DNA from: an uncultured Bacillales bacterium | Lineage (GTDB): Bacteria > Bacillota_I > Bacilli_A > RFN20 > CAG-826 | Assembly (NCBI GenBank): GCA_903845135.1 | Contig: CAIMWL010000002.1 | Coordinates: 2,792 to 66,791, forward strand | Direction: 5' to 3' | DNA length: 64,000 nt | Shown here: piece by piece, positions 57,082 to 64,000 of the stretch | How positions within the stretch are numbered: position 1 is the first letter of the stretch | Layout: each line of letters begins with the position of its first letter | The notes under the pieces: generated by a model | Seen by the model: only the letters and a program-made list of their open reading frames with translations | Told to the model about the DNA's origin: nothing | The model's database searches: none | Program-made: the position numbers and the translations under genes

Positions 57082-58779
57082 ATGAATCGCACGAAATTTG
57101 CCATCGCATCCTTTGCCTTGGCCACGCTCGTCACTTTAAGTGCATGCAGCAACCCTGTCACTGAAAATGGTGATGGTTATTTAATTACGATGAAAGATAA
57201 AGATGGCAACTCGACTGGTTATACAGCCGATCAGCTTTTTGGTAATTATCGGGAAAATGAATTTGGGGTCTCCAAATTTGTTGAGTCTGTTACTGAATTA
57301 GTGATTCGAAATCAAATCAATCAAGAAGATGCCGAAACCCAAGCCCTTAAGGCGGAAATTCTTAGAAAAGCTGATATTAGTGTAGATGGCGTCAAAGAAA
57401 CCGCGAGAAACAATGCTTCTACGAACGGCACCAATTATAATGATGAACTCAATACCTTATTAGAATCCTATAATGTTGAAGATTTAGAAGAACTTAAAGA
57501 TTATTTTGCCTATCGAACCATGAAGCAAGAAGTAGAAGATCGTTATTTTGATGATAATTTATCAAGTTTTGTGCTTGGTGACGACTTTGGTCCAGGATAC
57601 TTAAATGAACGCTTACCCTACCACGTTAAACATATCTTAGTGAAGGTCTCCGCTGCTGGTGCAGATCTCTATAATGGACGTATTACTGAAGCTGAAGCAA
57701 AAAAACTTTATGCTGTTGCTAATCGTTTAGCTGTTCAACGAAATGGTGAAACCTTTGGTGAAGTTGCTCGTGAAATGAGTGAAGATGGATCGAAAGAGCA
57801 ATTTGGTGATTTAGGCATTATGTCCAAAGCCACTAGTTTTGTAAATGAATTTAAATTAGGTATTTATGCTTATGATTCAGTGTTTAATCAAAACGAAGAA
57901 GTGGTAGAAAAAAGAGACCATTTAAACGTTCCTGAAACGGCACTCGACTATTTTGATGAATTAGGACTAGCAACCATTCCCTTCCACGCCTTTGTGTCAT
58001 TAGATCAATATGCAAACGTTACCAAGGACATCAATGGGAATCCTGTTAATAACAATGATTCACTCTACTATCCCCGCAACATCATTTTTAATGAATATTT
58101 TAACCGTCATAATATTGCGGTGGTCACCCCAGAAAGTTTAGGTGGTGGAAACTTCAATTATGATGGGTTTAGAAATGTTCCTGAACTCAACAACCAAACC
58201 GTTTTAACAGATGAAAATGGAAAAGTCATTCTTGTTGTCCGAGCTGGCACTGGATCAGGTGATAGCGGCTATCAAGGAATTCACTTTATTGTTGTGGAAA
58301 GATCCGCATTAGTCGATGTTCAAGATGGTGTGAGTTTAGAAGAATACTATACGACCGAAATTCCTGGTACACCTAATTATCCAACGAATAATGGTGAAGA
58401 CTTAGTTACCTTCGTGAATTATAACGTTTCGACAACCGCAAACTATAAAACACGGGCAGAAACCGTGACAAATGAAATTCGTAATTTTGATCGTTTCTTT
58501 AACTTCAGAATGTTGGAACAATTGATTGCCGAACAAGCTTTAACTTTTGTCGACGCAGATTTAGAATCAGCAGTACTCAATTATATGGATGTCACACGTC
58601 GAAGTGCAACTTTCGATCAAAATTTACAAGAAATCAATACTTGGAACACCTATATTGAATTCCTTCAATATCAAGCGTTCCAAAGAGAACGACTTGTTGA
58701 TACTGGATGTGCCTATGCTTATCAAACCAACGAAGGTGGTCTTTATACTCAAGGAGGAGCATGTTATGTCCAACAATAA
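57082..58779 (+). CDS. Large PrsA-like foldase lipoprotein (parvulin PPIase domain)
   Basis: N-terminus MNRTKFAIASFALATLVTLSACSN has lipobox LSAC. The central parvulin signature reads HVKHILVK...FGEVAREMSEDGSKEQFGDLGIMS...FVNEFKLGIY. 565 aa. Confidence 0.6.
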   Translation: MNRTKFAIASFALATLVTLSACSNPVTENGDGYLITMKDKDGNSTGYTADQLFGNYRENEFGVSKFVESVTELVIRNQINQEDAETQALKAEILRKADISVDGVKETARNNASTNGTNYNDELNTLLESYNVEDLEELKDYFAYRTMKQEVEDRYFDDNLSSFVLGDDFGPGYLNERLPYHVKHILVKVSAAGADLYNGRITEAEAKKLYAVANRLAVQRNGETFGEVAREMSEDGSKEQFGDLGIMSKATSFVNEFKLGIYAYDSVFNQNEEVVEKRDHLNVPETALDYFDELGLATIPFHAFVSLDQYANVTKDINGNPVNNNDSLYYPRNIIFNEYFNRHNIAVVTPESLGGGNFNYDGFRNVPELNNQTVLTDENGKVILVVRAGTGSGDSGYQGIHFIVVERSALVDVQDGVSLEEYYTTEIPGTPNYPTNNGEDLVTFVNYNVSTTANYKTRAETVTNEIRNFDRFFNFRMLEQLIAEQALTFVDADLESAVLNYMDVTRRSATFDQNLQEINTWNTYIEFLQYQAFQRERLVDTGCAYAYQTNEGGLYTQGGACYVQQ

Positions 58780-60337
58780 GTTAAAATTTACTGCGATTGC
58801 CTTAAGTGCAGTATTTTTAGTGGGATGTTCTGAAATCACTGTTTCACCAACCGACAACGACGGAAATATTCTGAATGGACTTGTAACGGATTTAGAAAAG
58901 AACGTCAATTCTGTTGTGTATGATGCATTAAGAGATGGCGGCAACTTAACTCAACGAACCTTAGAAGATGTGATGTTTTTAATTGCCGAGGATCGAATCG
59001 GCAATTATGAAGACTTACTCTTATCAACGAATGCAGAAGATCAAGCTCTCGTTGAAAAAATTCAACGTCGCGTTAATGAAAAAATGTATAACTTAGTCGC
59101 CTCTGGTCAATACGAAACGAGAAATTTATTTTCAGAAGAACGTTTTGCTTACTTTGTGGAAAAGCAACTTTATACATTAAATAAAGATGCAAATGATCCA
59201 TGGGTCACGGATTATACATTCCCAGCTAAAAACACCGAAGCGATACTCTCTGGTGAAGTATTAGATGAAGCAATTCATATTGAATATTACGAAAACTATA
59301 TTAAGGGAAACCTTATTCCAAGAATTTATCGTGAACTTTTAGCAGAAGAATATTTAATCCAAGAAGATTATTCATCTTTAGGTAGAAGCTATGCTCGTAA
59401 GGTTAATTACGTAGCTTTAAAAGTTTCCAGTGAATATCCAGAAGCAGTCAAATATTTAATGGACACTTTTATTGACGAATATATTTTGAATGAAAGTGTA
59501 AACACCCCAGCCGATCTCGAATTATTAGCCCGAGCATGGCGCGGTGTTGATACAAGCGAAGATGCTGCAAACCGTAATTTTAACTTTGCAGAAAATTCAC
59601 CAGAATTTGAATTACTTGACGCCGCAGGATTAGTGGGTGAAGGTACTTTTAGAAATCTATATGGTGAAATTCTTGACCGCTATAATCAAATTGTTCCTGA
59701 AAATGCCCTATTAACAAATAAAACCATTGAAAGTGAATTTACCGGAAATGGCCAATACACTCCAGAAACAGGCTTAGCAATTAAGCGCAATGAATTAATC
59801 AAACGCGACTTCACGACTGATGGTTGGCATATCAAAAACGGAGGATTAGGTTCCTTACCAGCAACCATTCGTGACCGTGTCTTCAATATTGGTGTTGCCA
59901 ATGCAATCGATCGAATTGATGATGAATCTGCGAACGTAGCCTCACCAGAAACGTCCGATTTCTTAAGAAAAATTAATGGTGTCAGCTACTTAATTCCTCA
60001 AACATCCCAACAAAATGATGCGAGAAATTTCTTACTATATGATGCCAATAGTACCACCTATTACATTGTTCAAATTTTAGAAGCAGTTAACACAACGAAA
60101 ATGAATGCTTCTGAAACCTCAACTACAAACTATGATGCAATCGAAGGTGATAATGGTGAAAAGCGAGAATTAATTGCTGGCGAAATTGCCAAAATACTTG
60201 GAGCTCGTGAAGCCAGTATTAATGCCAGTAATTTACATTGGTTACAATTAGCTGATCTTAAGTTCCACGATCAAACCATTTATGATTTCTTTAAGGAATC
60301 GTTCCCATCCTTATACGACGAAGAAGAACAAGCCTAA
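58763..60337 (+). CDS. Large lipoprotein, possibly a PrsA/SurA-like chaperone with a degenerate PPIase region
   Basis: The start is placed at MSNNKLKFTAIALSAVFLVGCSE, with lipobox LVGC. It overlaps the previous gene by 17 nt. The track start at 58589 adds 58 codons. Confidence 0.5.
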   Translation, partial: VMSNNKLKFTAIALSAVFLVGCSEITVSPTDNDGNILNGLVTDLEKNVNSVVYDALRDGGNLTQRTLEDVMFLIAEDRIGNYEDLLLSTNAEDQALVEKIQRRVNEKMYNLVASGQYETRNLFSEERFAYFVEKQLYTLNKDANDPWVTDYTFPAKNTEAILSGEVLDEAIHIEYYENYIKGNLIPRIYRELLAEEYLIQEDYSSLGRSYARKVNYVALKVSSEYPEAVKYLMDTFIDEYILNESVNTPADLELLARAWRGVDTSEDAANRNFNFAENSPEFELLDAAGLVGEGTFRNLYGEILDRYNQIVPENALLTNKTIESEFTGNGQYTPETGLAIKRNELIKRDFTTDGWHIKNGGLGSLPATIRDRVFNIGVANAIDRIDDESANVASPETSDFLRKINGVSYLIPQTSQQNDARNFLLYDANSTTYYIVQILEAVNTTKMNASETSTTNYDAIEGDNGEKRELIAGEIAKILGAREASINASNLHWLQLADLKFHDQTIYDFFKESFPSLYDEEEQA

Positions 60338-60363
60338 AGCAAGCCAAATAATCCATGTTAAAA

Positions 60364-60392
60364 TAAGGAGAGAAATCTCCTTATTTTTATTT
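60364..60392 (+). terminator. Rho-independent terminator after the lipoprotein pair
   Basis: Hairpin TAAGGAGA-GAAA-TCTCCTTA followed by TTTTTATTT. Confidence 0.7.
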
Positions 60393-60407
60393 CATTGGAG
60401 GTAAGTT

Positions 60408-60836
60408 ATGGCAATTCAGTGTGTCTTTTGCAAAATTATTGAGGGTACCATACCTGCGCACCGAATTTATGAAGATCTTGATGTGATTGCATTTTTAGAT
60501 ATCAATCAAACCACTCCAGGACATGCGCTCGTCATCCCCAAAACCCATTATGATCATTTTTTAAATACACCTAAAATATTGATGAATCAAGTGATGAATG
60601 TTGCGCAAAGGATTGGTCAAGCACAAATGCAAATGCTCCATGCTAAAGGTGTGAATATTCTTTCCAATGCCTTACAACCAGCTGGCCAATCGGTGATGCA
60701 TTTTCATGTGCATGTCATTCCCCGATTTGGACCTCATGATCAATTAAAGATAGAAATGCTTCACAATTCACAAAAGGCTAACATGGACCTTCCGATGCTA
60801 GTCAATCAACTTAAATCGGGAATGCATGAAAAGTAA
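60408..60836 (+). CDS. HIT-family (histidine triad) nucleotide hydrolase
   Basis: HFHVHVIP triad and an N-terminal CVFCKI zinc motif. RBS GGAGG is present. Confidence 0.85.
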   Translation: MAIQCVFCKIIEGTIPAHRIYEDLDVIAFLDINQTTPGHALVIPKTHYDHFLNTPKILMNQVMNVAQRIGQAQMQMLHAKGVNILSNALQPAGQSVMHFHVHVIPRFGPHDQLKIEMLHNSQKANMDLPMLVNQLKSGMHEK

Positions 60837-61766
60837 TTATTTTTTTGATTTATAAAAACTTCGATCATCTAGGGGAAAAATACGGTTGGTAAATTGACCA
60901 TTTTCTGTTTGAACTAAGGCTTTGTCGATCATCGTCATTTTTGCATCAAAATCATCAACCATATGCACAAATAGTGCTTCTTTTGTTAGTGGAGGAATGG
61001 CACTGCCAAATTCAGGTTTGCCATGGTGAGCCAAGACGATATGTTGCAATAACATAATTTTTTCGCGATCCATCTTCAGTGATTCACCTAAGGCATAAAT
61101 TTTACTCGCCATATATTGTAGATGGCCAATCAACTTACCTTCTGTGCTGTATTTAGGAATCACTGCACCAGTGAATTCAATCGTTTTTCCTAAATCATGA
61201 AGGAGGATGCCAGCGTAAATTAATGAAGGATTAAGTTGGGGATAAAGTGGCATCAGTGCGTCTGCGACTTTGATCATCGATAGCGTATGAAAAATCAAAC
61301 CCGACGTGTATTCATGGTGATTTCTAACGGCGGCTGGAAAGGTAATAAACGCTTCATAATGTTGATCGATAAGCGTTTTCGTCAATAATGCATAATCCGC
61401 ATCTTTGATTTTTTTTATGGTAGCTTTAAGTTCTTCTTCTAATTGTTTAAGGGGAACAGGCGCAGACATTGTAAATTCTTCGAGTCGTATAGAGTCGGGA
61501 TTGAGTTTTTGTACTGAATTAATACGAATTTGTAACATTTGGCGATATGCAGAAACCTCACCATCTAAAAGTAAAAAAGAACCGATTTCAATCATCGATT
61601 CAATTTCCGGTTTAACATCCCAGAACTTACCTTCGATTTGACCGGTTTTGTCTTGAAGTGTAATCGTGAGATACGGTTGGCCGGACGCAGTCACACCCTT
61701 ACTTAAATTGTTGACTAAAAAAGCTTGTTTGATTGCCTGGCCATCTTTAAAGTCTTTAATCGCCAT
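60837..61766 (-). CDS. yhaM: 3'-5' exoribonuclease YhaM (OB-fold + HD domain)
   Basis: N-terminal OB region ASGQPYLTITLQDKTGQIEGKFWD and HD motif LLHDLGK...HH. Confidence 0.85.
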   Translation of the reverse strand: MAIKDFKDGQAIKQAFLVNNLSKGVTASGQPYLTITLQDKTGQIEGKFWDVKPEIESMIEIGSFLLLDGEVSAYRQMLQIRINSVQKLNPDSIRLEEFTMSAPVPLKQLEEELKATIKKIKDADYALLTKTLIDQHYEAFITFPAAVRNHHEYTSGLIFHTLSMIKVADALMPLYPQLNPSLIYAGILLHDLGKTIEFTGAVIPKYSTEGKLIGHLQYMASKIYALGESLKMDREKIMLLQHIVLAHHGKPEFGSAIPPLTKEALFVHMVDDFDAKMTMIDKALVQTENGQFTNRIFPLDDRSFYKSKK

Positions 61767-62583
61767 CTGGGGACTCCTTTAATAATCGCTTAATATTGGA
61801 ATAATTATAGCCTTTCCTCAAGAGAAAGTTAATGATTTTTTCTTGAAGCTCTGCACCCTTTAATCGCTTTTCATAAAGCCGTTTGGCTTTTTGAATATCG
61901 TTTTTGAGATTGGTGAATTCTACTTGTTCATCTTCAGGTGGGAGTTTGCTGATAGAAGTATTAATTAATTTAAGGTCATATCCTCTTTCCAATAAACGCC
62001 TTTTGATAGTTTCATGTCTTAATCGATAACTTAAATGGGCATATTTTTGATGAAGTGTATTGGTGAGATGGGTCAATTTTTCTATTTCGATTTCTTGGTT
62101 TAAAACAAGTTTTTGAATTAATTCAGATGAAAACTTCTTTTCGTAGAGTTTTTCTTTGATTCTGCGCTCACCATAACCTTGCATTTGAAAGTGATGTATC
62201 CAATCGTTCATTAACGTTTGGTCGTCAATTAAATGCGCGAGCTTTAGGCGTTGAATGACGTCTTCAACTTGTGGTTTGATGGCCTTACGATGATAAAGTT
62301 TTTCCCGAATTTGATATTCACTATAACGACCTTTTGATAGAAGGCGAAAACCATAATCGATAAAGGGTTGAGTTTGGCTTGCTAGTTGTATTTGTTCAAA
62401 GGTTTTTGAATCAATTGCTTTACCGACATAATAATAACCTTGGGTAAATTGATCAGGAGACAGCGTCAATTTTTCTAAGGAATTAAAAGTGATCAAGATT
62501 TGCTTTTTTTTCGTCGTAATCGAATCGATTATTTTACCAGTATTGCCTAATGGCACGTTGATATACCTCGAGTAAATTTTCAT
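61756..62583 (-). CDS. recX: RecX-family regulatory protein
   Basis: Three tandem helical repeats with the RecX pattern YSEYQIREKLYHRKAIKPQVEDVIQRL...DDQTL...GYGERRIKEKLYEKKFSSELIQ. Confidence 0.65.
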   Translation of the reverse strand: MKIYSRYINVPLGNTGKIIDSITTKKKQILITFNSLEKLTLSPDQFTQGYYYVGKAIDSKTFEQIQLASQTQPFIDYGFRLLSKGRYSEYQIREKLYHRKAIKPQVEDVIQRLKLAHLIDDQTLMNDWIHHFQMQGYGERRIKEKLYEKKFSSELIQKLVLNQEIEIEKLTHLTNTLHQKYAHLSYRLRHETIKRRLLERGYDLKLINTSISKLPPEDEQVEFTNLKNDIQKAKRLYEKRLKGAELQEKIINFLLRKGYNYSNIKRLLKESPDGD

Positions 62584-63697
62584 AAAAAGTCGTTAATGCA
62601 TATGGTTTTACGGCTTCTTCAATTTGACTTAACATCACGTTTTTCTTTGATGGTTCTAAAGAAAAAATTGCATGTAATTGGCGTGAAAAATCATCGATAT
62701 CTGCAAAAATAAAACCGGTTTGTTGATGGCGAATTAAAGATGCAAGGTTCTCATCATACCGACATAGAACGATTTTTTGAGAGACCATGGCCTCCATAAA
62801 AGTTAAACCTTGTGTTTCGGTTAAACTCGCCGAAGCAAAAACATCGGCTAATTGGTAATAGTAAGGAACTTCTTGAATTGGAACGGCACCGACAAACTGG
62901 ATGTCGTTTTCTAACTTAAGTTCTGAAACAAGCTGCATTAAGTCTCGACGATCTGGTCCATCACCAACAATTAATAGTTTTGTTGATGGATGAGGTGTTT
63001 TTAAATATTGAGAAAATCCTTTGATAATCACGTCCATACTCTTTTCCTTAGCAACTCTTCCTAAGGATAAAACAATTTTTTCACCTGGTTTAGTCCATTG
63101 CGCTCTAAATTTATTCAATTTATCTTGATCGAGATTGTTATACTCAAATCGAGAAAAATCAATGCCTGTTGGCACAATATTGATATAGCGATCGACGCCA
63201 TAACTACGAATTTTTTCCTTGGTTTTGATTGAAGGTGATATAAACTCCGTACATTGCTCGGCAATCGAACGGGAAAATTGTTTAACGACTCGAGAAGCTA
63301 ACCCTTTTAAAAATCCAGCATAGTGGGTATAGTCCTCATACATGGTGTGATAGGTAACTACGGTCGGTCGTTTTAAAAAGAATGCCGATATTTTTCCAAA
63401 TATCCCAATACCTGCATCGGTGTGAATATGCATGACATCTGGATTCCACTTACGAATAAATTGAAAGGCTTTAGCATTAAAAAAACTAGACATCCGATAC
63501 CCATATAACTTTTTTAATTCCACGCCTGGGACTCTAATCATTCCGGTTTGGATGGTGGTATCTTTTCCAAAAGGATTTGTCGTAATTACTAAAACTTCAT
63601 GGCCTTGATTCATTAATACTTTTTGATGTAAACCGACGCTGACTGAAACGCCATTAATTTCAGGAGGGAAGGTGTCAGTAAACAATGCAATTTTCAT
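62534..63697 (-). CDS. GT4-family glycosyltransferase (diacylglycerol glucosyltransferase/MGS-like)
   Basis: N-terminus MKIALFTDTFPPEINGVSVSV and a C-terminal E-x7-E region, giving a GT-B fold. 387 aa. Confidence 0.7.
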   Translation of the reverse strand: MKIALFTDTFPPEINGVSVSVGLHQKVLMNQGHEVLVITTNPFGKDTTIQTGMIRVPGVELKKLYGYRMSSFFNAKAFQFIRKWNPDVMHIHTDAGIGIFGKISAFFLKRPTVVTYHTMYEDYTHYAGFLKGLASRVVKQFSRSIAEQCTEFISPSIKTKEKIRSYGVDRYINIVPTGIDFSRFEYNNLDQDKLNKFRAQWTKPGEKIVLSLGRVAKEKSMDVIIKGFSQYLKTPHPSTKLLIVGDGPDRRDLMQLVSELKLENDIQFVGAVPIQEVPYYYQLADVFASASLTETQGLTFMEAMVSQKIVLCRYDENLASLIRHQQTGFIFADIDDFSRQLHAIFSLEPSKKNVMLSQIEEAVKPYALTTFYENLLEVYQRAIRQYW

Positions 63698-63698
63698 C

Positions 63699-64000
63699 TT
63701 ATTTATCTTTCAATTTTTTCTTATCTATTTCATCCGTGTGGATGACATTACCATATCGATCGACTTTCTTTGGTTTAAAGCCAAAGAAATCCCTTGCCAT
63801 TTTTGAAAAACGATTGCGAATTTTAACAGAGGACATCTCACCAGTATTGAACATTATCTCAGCAGTTTGTCGGCGAATTTCAATGGTGGACTTTTGTAAC
63901 TCAACAAAGGTTTGGGTATTTTGAGTGAGTTTGGCATCTTTATTGCCTAGATTAAAGGCAATTACACTGATGGCGCCAATCACGAGGGTCAAATAAAACG
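63699..64000 (-). CDS. Small membrane protein, N-terminus beyond the window edge (track start is TTG)
   Basis: The hydrophobic segment LVIGAISVIAFNL is followed by a basic hydrophilic tail. Its stop is 1 nt from the glycosyltransferase start. The frame stays open to the window edge. Confidence 0.35.
   Translation of the reverse strand, partial: FYLTLVIGAISVIAFNLGNKDAKLTQNTQTFVELQKSTIEIRRQTAEIMFNTGEMSSVKIRNRFSKMARDFFGFKPKKVDRYGNVIHTDEIDKKKLKDK

Noticed and set aside
1-64000. Search for CRISPR repeats, transposase or integrase genes, restriction-modification genes, phage genes and toxin-antitoxin pairs
   Set aside because: No direct-repeat array, no recombinase-like ORF and no methyltransferase or nuclease pair was seen. 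Gene content is almost entirely conserved housekeeping with Bacillus-like synteny.

Overview
This is a low-GC (about 36-38 % by eye) chromosomal core region from a Firmicutes/Tenericutes-type bacterium. It uses the standard genetic code: Trp is TGG, and TGA is used as a stop (for example at 25808, 27820 and 55217). Several traits fit an Acholeplasma-like, Bacillus-related and possibly wall-less organism, although the organism was not identified. There are many lipoproteins with Ser/Thr-rich tethers, an RNA polymerase delta subunit, an MGS-like GT4 glycosyltransferase, and recU is not followed by a PBP gene. Gene order matches Bacillus subtilis strikingly: miaB-ymcA-mutS-mutL-miaA, rny-ymdB, pgsA-cinA-recA, gpsB-rnpB, recU, nth-dnaD, der-gpsA, sufCDSUB, and mnmG-rsmG-parA-parB. 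Almost the whole window is densely packed housekeeping genes, mostly on the minus strand in long collinear operons. I found no CRISPR array, restriction-modification system, transposase, integrase, phage gene or toxin-antitoxin pair, so there is no obvious defence island. The ORF track missed two kinds of RNA gene. One is a five-tRNA cluster (Val-Tyr-Gln-Lys-Leu, all with encoded CCA) covered by spurious ORFs. The other is a type-B RNase P RNA (rnpB) that the track translated into a fake ORF and a fake N-terminal extension of pgsA. The items most worth follow-up are listed here. (1) A translationally coupled pair of paralogous fused ABC-ATPase/FtsX(MacB)-type proteins (600 and 868 aa) with very large extracytoplasmic domains sits at the tail of the mutSL-miaA-DUF951 operon. 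(2) rnpB lies only about 9 nt upstream of the pgsA-cinA-recA operon with no terminator between them. (3) A ParB homologue has degenerate CTP-binding boxes. (4) A 224-aa 'half' CCA-type nucleotidyltransferase. (5) A DEDDh exonuclease gene is translationally coupled to recU. (6) A sugar ABC ATPase carries a coiled-coil insertion of about 190 aa. (7) Giant PrsA-like foldase lipoproteins lie divergent from the suf operon. (8) An IspD/TarI-type cytidylyltransferase sits in a HAD-phosphatase/S1/pgi cluster. All calls rest on reading motifs in the supplied translations and sequence by eye; no database search was run.
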